Source: Gemmatimonadales bacterium (GTDB lineage: Bacteria; Gemmatimonadota; Gemmatimonadetes; Gemmatimonadales; GWC2-71-9). Taken from it: DNA of 64,000 bases. The stretch covers positions 1,833 to 65,832 of the forward strand of contig DATBSO010000043.1 in assembly GCA_036559745.1 (NCBI GenBank). The letters run 5' to 3'. This document shows, one piece after another, positions 35,905 through 46,312 of this stretch. Position 1 is the stretch's first letter; the number at the start of each line of letters is the position of its first letter. The notes beneath the pieces were generated by a model. That model worked only from the letters and a program-made list of their open reading frames with translations, ran no database searches and was not told the origin of the DNA. The position numbers and the translations under genes were made by a program.

Positions 35905-37081
35905 GGGCGCCGCCCCGTCCGCGGCCCCCTTCCAGGTTGGGCAGCAGGCCGGTGAGGAGCCCGACGGCGGGCAGGTAGGAACAGAGCCGATAGACGAAGG
36001 CGATATCGGTGTGGTCGGCCAGCCGGCCGAGCACGGCGGCGCCGATGCCGGCGACGCCGAAGGCGAATCCGAAAAAGAGTCCGGAGATGAGTCCGACATT
36101 CCCCGGGACCAGCTCCTGGGCGTACACCAGGATCGCCGAGAAGGCCGACGCCAGTATCACGCCGATGATCACGCTCAACACCCCGGTCCAGAAGAGATTG
36201 ACGTAGGGCAGCGCCAGCGTGAAAGGCAGCACGCCCAGGATCGAGCACCAGATGACGTACTTGCGGCCGATGCGGTCACCCACTGGCCCACCGATGATGG
36301 TGCCCGCCGCGACCGCGCCGAGGAACGCGAACAGATACAGCTGCGCGCTCTGCACGGACACACCGAACTTGTGGATCAGGTAGAAGGTGTAGTAGCTCGT
36401 CAGGCTCGAGAGATAGATGTACTTCGAGAAAATGAGCGCGATCAGCACGGCGAGCGCCATGCGCACCTGTCCAGGCGTCAACCCGTGTCCCGCCTCCGCC
36501 CTCGCCCTCGAGGCGGCCGCGGCCTGATGCCGCCGGTACCAACGCCCCACCCGCCAGAGAATGACACTGCCGACCACGCCGATCACCGCGAACCATGCGA
36601 TGCTCTGCTGGCCGCGCGGCACGACGATGAAAGCCGCGAGCAACGGGCCGATCGCCGAGCCCGCGTTTCCGCCCACCTGAAAGAGCGACTGCGCCATACC
36701 GTGCCGCCCGCCCGACGCCATGCGCGCCACCCGTGACGACTCGGGGTGAAAGACCGACGACCCCAGCCCCACCAGCCCCGCGGAGACCAGGAGCGCCGGA
36801 AAGCTCCCCGCCGACGACAGGACAAGAAGCCCGAGCACGCTGAATCCCATGCCTGCGGCGAGGGAATAGGGTTGCGGCCGGCGGTCGGTGTAGAGCCCGA
36901 CAACCGGCTGCAGGAGCGACGCGGTGGCCTGGAAGGTGAGCGTGATGAGGCCGATCTGCCCGAACGACAAGCCGTAGTTCTGCTTGAGCGTCGGGTAGAT
37001 CGCGGGCAGCAGCGACTGCATCGTGTCGTTCAGGAGATGACAGAACGCGATCGCGCCGAGGATTCTGAACGTCGTATCCAT
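35855..37081 (-). CDS. MFS transporter (Fsr/fosmidomycin-resistance-like)
   Basis: N-terminus MDTTFRILGAIAFCHLLNDTMQSLLPAIYPTLKQNYGLSFGQIGLITLTF and about 12 TM segments. The 3' end overlaps the convergent SLOG-SLATT gene by 50 nt. Confidence 0.85.
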   Translation of the reverse strand: MDTTFRILGAIAFCHLLNDTMQSLLPAIYPTLKQNYGLSFGQIGLITLTFQATASLLQPVVGLYTDRRPQPYSLAAGMGFSVLGLLVLSSAGSFPALLVSAGLVGLGSSVFHPESSRVARMASGGRHGMAQSLFQVGGNAGSAIGPLLAAFIVVPRGQQSIAWFAVIGVVGSVILWRVGRWYRRHQAAAASRARAEAGHGLTPGQVRMALAVLIALIFSKYIYLSSLTSYYTFYLIHKFGVSVQSAQLYLFAFLGAVAAGTIIGGPVGDRIGRKYVIWCSILGVLPFTLALPYVNLFWTGVLSVIIGVILASAFSAILVYAQELVPGNVGLISGLFFGFAFGVAGIGAAVLGRLADHTDIAFVYRLCSYLPAVGLLTGLLPNLEGGRGRGGALTPAPAAAPGNPPANR

Positions 37082-37135
37082 CGGCGGAATCTATCCGGAG
37101 GGGGAAGCCCGGCGGGAACCTCCGATGCCGCGGGA

Positions 37136-37558
37136 TTATTGCGGTGGCGGCGGTGCGATCACCATCGCCACCCGGCTCAGCACGTCCTGACGCTCCTGCT
37201 CGCAGATGGTCGGCGCCTTGTCGAGCATCGGCTCCGCGGAAATCCATCGGCTGTTGGTCTCGATCTCGGCCTCAGTGGGACTTCCCGTCACATCGAGCGC
37301 GAGCTTGACGCGGCACGCCGCAGCCGACCCCATCTGGGCGTTGGCGCTCGGGAATCGCGTGGCCGTCAGGCGTCCGCCTGTGGAATCGAGCACATCGAAC
37401 GTGAATGATTCCGCGATCAGGCCACGGTGGGCTCTGGTATAGGCGGAGTCGCGAGAAACAGGCACCGGCGTTGTCACGGCGACCTCGGGTCCGGCGGTCA
37501 GGCCGCTGCACCCGGTGAGAAGAGCCACACTGCCGAACCACAGGAACCCGCGACGCAT
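37136..37558 (-). CDS. hypothetical lipoprotein
   Basis: Lipobox ALLTGC; small, with coherent composition. Confidence 0.55.
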   Translation of the reverse strand: MRRGFLWFGSVALLTGCSGLTAGPEVAVTTPVPVSRDSAYTRAHRGLIAESFTFDVLDSTGGRLTATRFPSANAQMGSAAACRVKLALDVTGSPTEAEIETNSRWISAEPMLDKAPTICEQERQDVLSRVAMVIAPPPPQ

Positions 37559-37721
37559 GACGATCCTCGTCAGTTGAATGGGACGGCCTCGAACGGAGCC
37601 GCCCTAAGGACTACCAGCAGAGTGTCACGATTGCGTCAAGATCGGCGCGGCGCCGGTTCGTCACAAACACGCCGGGACACGGGCTCAATCAGTAAGCTCA
37701 TTCCCCGTCCCGGAGACCGAC

Positions 37722-38513
37722 ATGTTGCCTCGAGCCATCCCACCCCATCTGATGCTGGCCTTCATGCTCATGACGGCCTGCGACAACCAGGGTCCCACGT
37801 CGCCGCTCGAAACCGTCGTCGCCCGCCCCGTCATGCTGGATGACCATTCGACGAGCTCTCCCCAGCGCGACGTCACAACCCAGGCCATCGCGCCGCTTCC
37901 GAAGTTCGATCCCGGGAACTTCGTGGCGCTGATCGACCATCCGTACTTTCCGCTGCGCCCGGGGACACGCTACCTGTATCACGGATTTGACGGCGACGCG
38001 CCTCTCCGAAACGTCATCGACGTCACCAATCAGGAGAAAACCATTCTGGGTGTGAAGGTGGTGGTAGTCCTGGACCGGGTGTTCGTGGACGGCGTTCTGA
38101 CCGAGAGGACGCTCGACTATTTCGCGCAGGACAAGGAGGGAAACGTCTGGTACCTCGGCGAGGACACGAAGGAATACGAGAACGGCAAGGTCGTGAGCAC
38201 AGCCGGGTCGTTCCTGGCCGGGAAGGAGGGTGCGAAGGCGGGCATCATCCTGCGCGCACATCCCAAGGTTGGTGAGACCACAGAGCAGGAGATCGCCCCC
38301 GGCGTGGCGGAAGACCGAGCCACCGTCGTCTCACTCGACGCCGGAGTGCACACGCCGTATGGGAATTTCGACCACTGCATCAAGACCAGGGACTTCACGC
38401 CACTCGAGCCGGGGGCGGTCGAGGTCAAGTTCTACTGCAAAGGCGTCGGATTCACGCGGGGCCGCGATGTGACCGGCGGAAACGTGCGTCTAGCCCTGAC
38501 CAGAATCGAATAG
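37722..38513 (+). CDS. hypothetical lipoprotein
   Basis: Lipobox FMLMTAC. The competing minus ORF 37698..38261 is Arg-rich and mirror-like. Confidence 0.6.
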   Translation: MLPRAIPPHLMLAFMLMTACDNQGPTSPLETVVARPVMLDDHSTSSPQRDVTTQAIAPLPKFDPGNFVALIDHPYFPLRPGTRYLYHGFDGDAPLRNVIDVTNQEKTILGVKVVVVLDRVFVDGVLTERTLDYFAQDKEGNVWYLGEDTKEYENGKVVSTAGSFLAGKEGAKAGIILRAHPKVGETTEQEIAPGVAEDRATVVSLDAGVHTPYGNFDHCIKTRDFTPLEPGAVEVKFYCKGVGFTRGRDVTGGNVRLALTRIE

Positions 38514-38516
38514 CCG

Positions 38517-40352
38517 CTAGGGCGTGACCGAGACTTCCACGCGGGACGGCAACGCCGGTGTATGCCAGATCCGGTGGGTCTGCGCGCGGTAATCGGATGC
38601 CTTCGCCTTGAAAATGTTGGGCACCCAGGTCTGTGGATTACGATCGTAGACCGGGAACCAGGTGCTCTGAATCTGCACCATGATCCGGTGGCCCTTTCGG
38701 AACTGATAGACCTGCTGATGGAGGTCCACGGTGAAGGCGAGAGGTTTGCCCGGCTCGAGCGGCTCCGGCGCCGAGAAACTCTTTCGATAGCGCCCGCGCA
38801 TGATCTCGTGCGCGACCATGAGCTGATAGCCACCCATCTTCCAGTCGTCAGGCATGCTGTCGGGAAAGACGTCGATCAGCTTGACGACCCAGTCCGCGTC
38901 GCGGCCGGTGGTGGAGGCGACGATCCTGGCGGTCACCCCGCCGGCGATACTGACGTCCTCGCTCAACGGCTCCGACACCCAGCTCACCACGTCGGGGCGG
39001 CCGTCCACGAACCGCTGGTCCTCGGTCTCCCAATTGCGCCAGCGCGAGCCGCGCTGGTCGTAGGTCTGCTCGATCGGCCGGCTCCGGTACGGCACCGGAT
39101 GCGCGGGGTCGGAAACGTACTGGTCGAACGGCGCCTCACCCGGTGCCGGCCGGTCGAAAGAGAGCCGGCCGCCCGCATGCAAGTAGAGGGCACGGGGAGA
39201 CGCACCGTGCGCTGGCCACGCGTCGAACGAGCGCCACTCGTTGGCGCCGGTATCGTAGAGGTAGGCCTCCGGAGCCGACATCGTCCCCTTCCCCTTGAGC
39301 CAGTACGCGAACCACGGGGCTTCGACGTCCCGGAGGTATCCCTCGGCGGTGCCGTGATCGACCACCGGGATGCGGCGGGTCTCACGCCTCCAGCCGCCGT
39401 GGTTCCACGGTCCCATTACGAGGAAGTTGCGGTGCGCGCTGTCGCCGCGCTCGAGCGAGCGGTAGGTGGCAAGCGGACCATACCGGTCTTCCTGATCCCA
39501 CCATCCACCGACCACCAGCGTCGGGACCGCGGGCGCGGTGAGCCCTCGCTGGACTGCGCGCGCCTTCCAGTATTCGTCGTACGCCGGATGGGCGACAAAC
39601 GCCTTCCAGGTCGGTATCCTGCCCCGGAAGTACCTCTCATCCACGTTGGAGAGCGGCCCGAGGTTTCGGTACCAGTCGTAGGTATCCCACGTGCCGATGG
39701 GCAATGGCACCGACTCGTCCTTGCTCAGCTCCATGTCCCCCACGTACTCGAAGCCATAGGAGAGTCGGAACGCTCCCTGGTGAAAGAAATCGTCGCCCAT
39801 CCAGGTGTCGGTCATCGGCGCCTGGGGGGAGACCGCCTTGACCGCGGGGTGGGGGTTGATGCTTGCCATCGTCGCGAGGAACCCGGGATAGGACACGCCG
39901 AGCACGCCGACACGCCCGTTGTTGCCTGGAATGTTGTGGACCAGCCAGTCCACCGTGTCGTAGGCGTCAGTGCTCTCATCCACGCCCGCGCTGTCGGCCC
40001 GATCGTGGAGGGGCCGGTTCATGAGGAACTGGCCCTCGCTGCCGTAACGTCCGCGGATGTCCTGATAGACGAAGACGTATCCGTCGGCGGCAAAGAATCG
40101 GTAGTCGTTCCCCACCACCGTGTCCCCGGCGATGCCGTACGGGGTCCGCGTGAGGAGGACGGGAAGCGAGTCCCGCCGGCTGTTCGGCTGGCAAACGGAC
40201 GTGTTGAGCCGGACCCCGTCCCGCATCGGAACCATCAGGAACCGGCATGTGTACGGCAGGGGGACGGGGGTCTGGGCAACGGCGGGGCGGACGACAGACG
40301 CGAGGAGTACGGCGCCGCCGAAGATCTGAACCATCGACACGAAAGGCTTCAC
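38517..40352 (-). CDS. CocE/NonD-family hydrolase (S15 X-Pro dipeptidyl-peptidase-like), exported
   Basis: Signal peptide present; also LLTRTPYG, nucleophile region GVLGVSYPGFLA, and a C-terminal beta-sandwich-type tail. Confidence 0.85.
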   Translation of the reverse strand: MKPFVSMVQIFGGAVLLASVVRPAVAQTPVPLPYTCRFLMVPMRDGVRLNTSVCQPNSRRDSLPVLLTRTPYGIAGDTVVGNDYRFFAADGYVFVYQDIRGRYGSEGQFLMNRPLHDRADSAGVDESTDAYDTVDWLVHNIPGNNGRVGVLGVSYPGFLATMASINPHPAVKAVSPQAPMTDTWMGDDFFHQGAFRLSYGFEYVGDMELSKDESVPLPIGTWDTYDWYRNLGPLSNVDERYFRGRIPTWKAFVAHPAYDEYWKARAVQRGLTAPAVPTLVVGGWWDQEDRYGPLATYRSLERGDSAHRNFLVMGPWNHGGWRRETRRIPVVDHGTAEGYLRDVEAPWFAYWLKGKGTMSAPEAYLYDTGANEWRSFDAWPAHGASPRALYLHAGGRLSFDRPAPGEAPFDQYVSDPAHPVPYRSRPIEQTYDQRGSRWRNWETEDQRFVDGRPDVVSWVSEPLSEDVSIAGGVTARIVASTTGRDADWVVKLIDVFPDSMPDDWKMGGYQLMVAHEIMRGRYRKSFSAPEPLEPGKPLAFTVDLHQQVYQFRKGHRIMVQIQSTWFPVYDRNPQTWVPNIFKAKASDYRAQTHRIWHTPALPSRVEVSVTP

Positions 40353-40639
40353 CAGCTCCCCTCCATCCTCTCACGGGTCCGTGGCCGAATCACCTCGGTG
40401 CGATCTGGACGCAGTGCTCGCTCAAGACCTGCCAGGTGGATCCGGCGCGCATCCACACCTGTCCGCACCGCTGATCGTCGGTGAAGGCCTCACCCTTGTA
40501 GGTCCCTGCGCCTTTCCACCGACTGCTCATAAGAGGCTCCGCCGTATGTGGTAGGGAACCAAGAACATAACGCGCGCGTCGTGGGACCGCCCCATGCGGG
40601 GAATTTGCCCCGCGGCGGACCCCGCCATAACTTCACGCC

Positions 40640-42094
40640 ATGAAATACCCCGCCGTCCGCAACTACGTGAATGGATCGTTCGTGGTGGACGATCTTCCCG
40701 TCCTCGAGGTCTTCAACCCGAGCGAAGGCAGTCCCATATCCAGCGTGCCGCTCTCGGCCCGGCGGGAGGTTGACCGCGCGGTGGAGACCGCGCGCGCGGC
40801 GTTCCCCGGCTGGTCCTCCACGACCATCAAGGAGCGGGTCCAGGTCTTCTATCGCTATAAGGCGCTGCTCGAGCGGGACATCGACAGCCTGGCGGCGCTC
40901 GTGTCCGAGGAGAACGGGAAGATCCGGAGCGAGGCCCGCGCGGAAGTGCTCAAGTCCGTGGAGCTGACGGAGTTCGCCTGCTCGCTCCCACAGATCACCA
41001 CCGGAGAGGTGCTCGAGGTGAGCCGCGGGGTCGAGTGCCGGGTCGAGCGGTATCCGGTCGGCATCGTCGCGGCCATCACGCCCTTCAACTTTCCGAACAT
41101 GGTGCCGAACTGGTCGATCCCCAACGCGATCGCCCTCGGCAATTGTTTTATCCTCAAGCCCTCGGAGCAGGTGCCCTTGAGCGCCGGGCGGATCGCCGAG
41201 CTGCTGCGGGAGGCGGGGCTTCCGGACGGTGTGATGCAGATCGTGCACGGCGGCAAGGAGGCAGTCGAAGCGATCTGCGATCATCCAGGGATCGAGGCGA
41301 TCAGCTTCGTCGGGTCCACCCAGATCGCGAAGGTGGTGTACCGGCGGGGGACGGCCGCGCTCAAGCGGGTGCTCGCACTCGGCGGCGCGAAGAATCATCT
41401 GATCGTCATGCCCGACGCCGATCTCGAGATGACCGCCAGCAACGTGTTGGCTTCCATGTCCGGCTGCGCCGGGCAGCGGTGCATGGCCGCGTCCGTCATG
41501 GTCGCGGTCTCCAAGACCGATCACATCATCAAGGCCATGGTCGAGCACGCGAAAAAAATGGTCCCGGGCAAGGACATCGGGCCGGTCATCTCTGCCGAGG
41601 CCAAAGCACGGATCGAGCGATACATCGCCGAGGCCGAGGCCGCCGGCGCGGAGGTGCTGGTGGACGGACGCAACGTGAAGGTTCCCGGCCACGAGCAGGG
41701 ATACTATCTGGGGCCCACGATCATCGACCGCGTCACTCCCGACATGCGGATCGCAAAGGAAGAGGTCTTCGGACCCGTGCTCGCGATCGTCCGGAGCCGC
41801 GACGTGGACGAGGCCCTGGCCGTCGAGAACGCCTCACCCTATGGCAACGCCGCCTCGGTCTTCACCGAAAGCGGAGGCACCGCCCGGTATGTGATGGAAC
41901 ATGCGAGCGCCGGCATGGTCGGGGTGAACGTCGGAGTGCCGGTTCCGCGGGAGCCCTTCTCGTTTGGTGGCTGGAATGAATCGAAGTTCGGTGTCGGTGA
42001 CATCACCGGCCGCGGCTCGATCGAGTTCTGGACCAAGTCGAAGAAGATGACCACCAAGTGGAATCGCGAGGCCGGCACGAACTGGATGTCGTGA
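40640..42094 (+). CDS. mmsA: CoA-acylating methylmalonate/malonate-semialdehyde dehydrogenase
   Basis: ALDH fold with FNFPNMVP, LGGAKNHLIVMPDAD and GCAGQRCMA (catalytic Cys). The C-terminal FSFGGWNESKFG is typical of MmsA. Confidence 0.8.
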   Translation: MKYPAVRNYVNGSFVVDDLPVLEVFNPSEGSPISSVPLSARREVDRAVETARAAFPGWSSTTIKERVQVFYRYKALLERDIDSLAALVSEENGKIRSEARAEVLKSVELTEFACSLPQITTGEVLEVSRGVECRVERYPVGIVAAITPFNFPNMVPNWSIPNAIALGNCFILKPSEQVPLSAGRIAELLREAGLPDGVMQIVHGGKEAVEAICDHPGIEAISFVGSTQIAKVVYRRGTAALKRVLALGGAKNHLIVMPDADLEMTASNVLASMSGCAGQRCMAASVMVAVSKTDHIIKAMVEHAKKMVPGKDIGPVISAEAKARIERYIAEAEAAGAEVLVDGRNVKVPGHEQGYYLGPTIIDRVTPDMRIAKEEVFGPVLAIVRSRDVDEALAVENASPYGNAASVFTESGGTARYVMEHASAGMVGVNVGVPVPREPFSFGGWNESKFGVGDITGRGSIEFWTKSKKMTTKWNREAGTNWMS

Positions 42095-43852
42095 TCACGG
42101 CCCTACGGTGACCATCTTCGCCACGGATGGCACGCCGCTCCCGTTGATGAGAAAAAGCATGTACGGACCCGGGGGCGCCAGATTGGCGCTCGCCGGCCCC
42201 ACCGAGGTGAGAGTCGTCGGTCCGGTGGCGGCGAATGTGAGCGGATAGATCAGCTGGCTCTGGTTGAACGCGTGGGTCACCGAGGAGAGCCTGATCAGTG
42301 TGCCCCGGCTCACCGAACCCGCCTCGGGCGTCTCCACCGTAAACGGCTGCGTGTACGAGATCGTTGATACCGCCGACGTAATCGTCGGCCTCGGGGCCAG
42401 TGTGCCATCGGGGTTGAAGAGATAGGGCGGAGTAAACACCTGCGCGGTAAAGTTGCTGTTCTCGTAGAGTACGTCCCCGCCCTCGCCACTTCCACTCGTC
42501 AATACCCGCGCGTCGGGGAGCAGCAGCGCCGCGGAGTGGTACGTCCTGGCGGTGGCCTCGCTCGCCACCGTGGACCACGACTCGGTCGCCGGGTTCCACA
42601 GCTCGGCGGCGCGGATGGAGCTTGTGACGTTGTTGAAACCGGCCCCGCTGGTTCCGTGGGTGACGAGGACCCGTCCATCCGCCAGGATCGTGGCGTTCAG
42701 CTGACGCCGGGCGAAAGCCATTCCGGGCACGGTGCGCCACGAGGGTGACGGCTCGTTGAGATCGATCACCTCCGCGGAGCTCGTCGGCGGATCGCCGCCC
42801 CCCACGTAGAGAATCTTCCCGGGACTGTACATCACGGCGGAGCCCATCGTCCGATCCGCTACCTGCCGGTCCGCGACCGTCGTCCACGCTCCGGTGCCGC
42901 CGACGTCCAAATAGCGGGATGTCTGGGGGAAGCCGGCAAGGAACACCTTACCATTCGGCGCCAGAAACATTGCCGGGTAGTACGGGCTCGGGATCGCCAG
43001 GCTGGCGGTCGTGAGGCGGCGCCATGTGCTGCCGTTTCCGATTTCGGGAATGGCAACGGGAGCTTTGGCCTCGTCGGCGCCGGCCATCGCCAGGACCTCA
43101 CCGTTCGGCAGAACGGTGGTCGTCGGATAGTACCGTCCCTGTGCCATCGATCCGGTAATGGTCCAGCTGCTGGTAGCCGGGTCGTAGACCACCGTACGCG
43201 GAATGCCGCTGGTCCCGACGCTGTGTCCGCCCGTCACCATCAGGCGGCCATCGGATAAGAAGGTGTGGCCGCTGCAGAAGAGTTCGTACGGCGCGGTGAC
43301 CTGGACGAAACCGGCACCCGGGTTTGCCGGGTTCCAGAGCTGGGCCTCGCCCTCGCGGCCCCACAGGAGCACCCTGCCCGTCGGCAGCAGGCTCACATGG
43401 ATGCCGACCACCGGCGACGTGACCGGCGACTCCCAGCGTCCCTTGGTCGCCAACGGGCTCGGGCCCCCTGTGAGAAAGCGGGCGGCGACGGTGCGGTTGA
43501 CCGTCATCGAGACCTTGCAGGTTCCAGTGCCGCTGCACGCGTTGGACCAGGTCTTGAATGTGTGACCAGCCTGCGGCACTTGTGTCAGCGTGACGACCAC
43601 GCCCTTGTTGAATTGAGCCTTGCATCCGGTGGTCGCGGCCACCCCCACCGTGATGGTGCAGTGGATCCCTGCCGGGGTGGAGGTCACGACGCCGCTACCG
43701 CTTCCGCCGTTACCCTTCACCGTCAGCGTCTTCTTCACCACGGTCACCGCGAGGTCAGGCTCCGTCGGCTCAGGCGTATCCTGGCAGGCGTGAAGGACTG
43801 CCAATACGCACGCAGCGGCCACGAGGGTAAGGGGGAGACGGCGAGAATGCAT
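42095..43852 (-). CDS. lipoprotein with Kelch-type beta-propeller and C-terminal DUF1929 (galactose/glyoxal-oxidase-like)
   Basis: Lipobox VLHAC. An N-terminal repeat-like module is ...TSTPAGIHC...GHTFKTWSNACSGTGTC. The C-terminus APPGPYMLFLINGSGVPSVAKMV is typical of DUF1929. Confidence 0.7.
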   Translation of the reverse strand: MHSRRLPLTLVAAACVLAVLHACQDTPEPTEPDLAVTVVKKTLTVKGNGGSGSGVVTSTPAGIHCTITVGVAATTGCKAQFNKGVVVTLTQVPQAGHTFKTWSNACSGTGTCKVSMTVNRTVAARFLTGGPSPLATKGRWESPVTSPVVGIHVSLLPTGRVLLWGREGEAQLWNPANPGAGFVQVTAPYELFCSGHTFLSDGRLMVTGGHSVGTSGIPRTVVYDPATSSWTITGSMAQGRYYPTTTVLPNGEVLAMAGADEAKAPVAIPEIGNGSTWRRLTTASLAIPSPYYPAMFLAPNGKVFLAGFPQTSRYLDVGGTGAWTTVADRQVADRTMGSAVMYSPGKILYVGGGDPPTSSAEVIDLNEPSPSWRTVPGMAFARRQLNATILADGRVLVTHGTSGAGFNNVTSSIRAAELWNPATESWSTVASEATARTYHSAALLLPDARVLTSGSGEGGDVLYENSNFTAQVFTPPYLFNPDGTLAPRPTITSAVSTISYTQPFTVETPEAGSVSRGTLIRLSSVTHAFNQSQLIYPLTFAATGPTTLTSVGPASANLAPPGPYMLFLINGSGVPSVAKMVTVGP

Positions 43853-44000
43853 GAAGCCACCCTAACTCCGGGGCTTCAAGCAATCATCAAGAGGCGTCCA
43901 GAAGCGCCGGCGGGCCGCGTAAGGGATTGCCATCACGGCCGTCGAGGTGACTAGAATTACTGGTAGCTCTCAGTAGATCTGGTTGGCTCCAGGAGCCCAT

Positions 44001-45134
44001 ATGTCCATCGACCGCTCAGTCAGCTTCACCGGCATCCACTTCCACAACCCCTTCCTTCTCTCCTCAGCGCCGCCGACCGAGTCGGAGAGCAACATCCTCC
44101 GCGCGTTCGAGGCGGGATGGGGTGGCGTCGTCACGAAGACGATCGGCCTGCACCCGGTCGTGAACGTGCTCGGAGCCAAGGCCAAGTTCCTGCGCACCTC
44201 GCCCGACGACGCGTACGTCTCCATGAAGAAACGGCCCGGTGCGGCCCTCCATTCCTCGTGGAACTGGGAGCTCATCTCCGACAAGACGCTCGACTGGTGG
44301 CTGCCCCGCATTCGCCGGATCAAGGAGGCGTTTCCCGACCGGGTCCTCATCGCGTCCATCATGGCCGGCTCGGGGAATGACAAGGAGCTGATGAACTGGC
44401 AGCGTCTGGCTCGTGAGTCTCAGGACGCCGGCGCCGACGGCCTCGAGCTCAACTTCTCCTGTCCCCACATGGACCGGCGTGACATGGGCTCGAACATCGG
44501 GAAGGACCAGGGCCTCTGCTCGGTGGTGACCGAAGCGGTGAAGGAAGTCGCGACGGTGCCGGTCTGGTGCAAGCTCACGCCCGCGACGGCCGAGATCGAG
44601 GTCGAGGCGGCGGCGTGCTTCCGCGGCGGCGCCGATGCCATCGTGTCGTCCAACACTTTCCCTTCCCTTCCCGTCATCGACGCCGACACGCTGGAGTTCG
44701 AGATCAACGTGGACGGGCTCGTCTCGAGCGGCGGACTCGGAGGGCCGGCGATCCTTCCCCTTTCTCTCGCGAAGATGGCGCAGATGACCCAGGCGTTTCC
44801 GGACCGCAGCTTCTCGGGAATCGGAGGGATCTCCGACTTCCGGCAGGCGCTCTCCTACATTCTGCTCGGGTGCGGGACCGTACAGGTGTGCACTGCCGCG
44901 ATGCTCGACCAGGCGGTGGGACCCAACGTGATCAAGCGGCTGCTGGAAGGACTCGACGCGTTTCTCGAGCGGCATGCCGCGGACGGCTGGACCAGCATCG
45001 AGGATTTCCGTGGGCTCCGCCGCGACCGGATCGTTGCCCAGTCGGCCATCCGCCGTCCCGACGCCTCGGACTACCACTCCGGATACGACTCGGTCGAGGG
45101 ATACGCGCCCGCGTCCTCCCCGACCGAGGGCTAG
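44001..45134 (+). CDS. dihydropyrimidine dehydrogenase PreA-like / class-1 dihydroorotate dehydrogenase-like flavoprotein
   Basis: FHNPFLLSSAPP, LELNFSCPHM (catalytic Cys loop) and GIGGISDF are present. I could see no C-terminal CxxCxxCxxxC ferredoxin clusters and no PreT-like partner. Confidence 0.75.
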   Translation: MSIDRSVSFTGIHFHNPFLLSSAPPTESESNILRAFEAGWGGVVTKTIGLHPVVNVLGAKAKFLRTSPDDAYVSMKKRPGAALHSSWNWELISDKTLDWWLPRIRRIKEAFPDRVLIASIMAGSGNDKELMNWQRLARESQDAGADGLELNFSCPHMDRRDMGSNIGKDQGLCSVVTEAVKEVATVPVWCKLTPATAEIEVEAAACFRGGADAIVSSNTFPSLPVIDADTLEFEINVDGLVSSGGLGGPAILPLSLAKMAQMTQAFPDRSFSGIGGISDFRQALSYILLGCGTVQVCTAAMLDQAVGPNVIKRLLEGLDAFLERHAADGWTSIEDFRGLRRDRIVAQSAIRRPDASDYHSGYDSVEGYAPASSPTEG

Positions 45135-45973
45135 GATCGGGCGATCACCGCCTCGATCCGTCCATATGGCTCGCTCGTCGCGACGAAGATCTCATTGGGG
45201 TTGGTGAAGCCGAGCGGAGCGAGGTCCACCAGCAAGTGATGCCGGTTGGGTAGGATGAGCCGGATCTCGCTCACCTCTGCACACGCCGCCAGCGCGGCTT
45301 CCCCCATCGCATAGAGCGTATGCTGCACCGACGCCGACCGGTGCCGAGCGAACGTCTCGATGAGCGACCCCTCTATCGCGGTCCACGCGGCCCCGTAACC
45401 ACGGGGCGGACGCGCGTACCTCCAGCGGGCTTCGACGTCGGTCGCCATGATCCGATCGCCGGTCTCCTTGAGGGTCGTGTACTCGTCCCGGAGAAACCCC
45501 TCGAAGGCCGAATCCGTGGTCTTGAGCAGTCCCAGTCCATCGAGCCCCGCCTCCACGCCGGTCCCGCTCTCATCCACGGTCACTACCGCCAGCCGTCGCT
45601 CGGCCGCCCGCCCGATGAACGCATGCGGATGCGGCGCGCCGTCCACCTTCGCACGCGCCCATCGGTGGACCGCTATCGTGATAACCGCTCGGCGCGCGGC
45701 GGGACAGACCGAAAGAAAGCGGCGAGCGAGACGCTCGCCGAATTCTTCCGGTGGATCCACCGGTCCTTTCCGCGCCAGGGCGTACACGGTGTTCTTCATC
45801 GTGTCCGTCGGGAGCACCTGTGCGTTATCGCCTGCGTGGGCCGGCCCGAACTCGCCCTGGAGCTGTGCCTCGACGGTGAGGTCGTGCAGGTCGTGGCTCT
45901 GCGCCTGGCGATCCACCTTGACCAATCTCACCGCCGCCTTGCCATAGCCGTTCCAGGCGAGCCGCGTCGTCAT
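45131..45973 (-). CDS. urate oxidase (factor-independent uricase)
   Basis: YGKAAVRLVKV ... TDTMKNTVYALA are uricase T-fold signatures. Last gene of the purine operon. Confidence 0.85.
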   Translation of the reverse strand: MTTRLAWNGYGKAAVRLVKVDRQAQSHDLHDLTVEAQLQGEFGPAHAGDNAQVLPTDTMKNTVYALARKGPVDPPEEFGERLARRFLSVCPAARRAVITIAVHRWARAKVDGAPHPHAFIGRAAERRLAVVTVDESGTGVEAGLDGLGLLKTTDSAFEGFLRDEYTTLKETGDRIMATDVEARWRYARPPRGYGAAWTAIEGSLIETFARHRSASVQHTLYAMGEAALAACAEVSEIRLILPNRHHLLVDLAPLGFTNPNEIFVATSEPYGRIEAVIARS

Positions 45974-45976
45974 CGA

Positions 45977-46312
45977 TCAGCTCCCGCGGTAGGTGGAGTA
46001 CCCGAACGGTGAGATCAGCAGCGGAAGGTGATAGTGGGTCACGCCGTCGGCCGCCTCGAATTCGACGGCCACCTCCGGATACAGTGTCTTCTGCCCTGCC
46101 GCCTGGTACCAGGCACCGGTCGCGAAGACGAGACGATACCGGCCGGCTGGAACGCCCGAGGGGAGCCACTCGGCGACGCGGCCATCGCTGCCTGTCATAG
46201 CGGAGGCGAGTGGCGCGCCCGGCGCGCCATCGGCGCGCTCCAGGCGTACCGCGAGGCCGGAGGCCGGTTTTCCGGCGCTGGTGTCGAGCACGTGCGTCGT
46301 GATCCGGATCAT
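45977..46312 (-). CDS. uraH: 5-hydroxyisourate hydrolase (transthyretin-like)
   Basis: MIRITTHVLDTSAGKPASGLAV ... HYHLPLLISPFGYSTYRGS, with the diagnostic C-terminal YRGS. 111 aa. Confidence 0.9.
   Translation of the reverse strand: MIRITTHVLDTSAGKPASGLAVRLERADGAPGAPLASAMTGSDGRVAEWLPSGVPAGRYRLVFATGAWYQAAGQKTLYPEVAVEFEAADGVTHYHLPLLISPFGYSTYRGS

Noticed and set aside
33709-36099. 796-aa minus-strand ORF, the longest ORF overlapping the SLOG-SLATT gene
   Set aside because: Its composition is dominated by Arg/Gly/Pro/Glu runs with no motifs, TM segments or start context. It mirrors the plus-strand gene, which has coherent domains and hydrophobic helices. This is a typical antisense open frame in high-GC DNA.
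40390-40530. 46-aa minus-strand ORF (MSSRWKGAGTYKGEAFTDDQRCGQVWMRAGSTWQVLSEHCVQIAPR) with GGAG upstream, in the CocE / mmsA intergenic region
   Set aside because: It resembles only the C-terminal strand pattern of DUF4440/SnoaL proteins and is too short to call. It may be a gene remnant or a chance ORF and is below the ORF-track cutoff.
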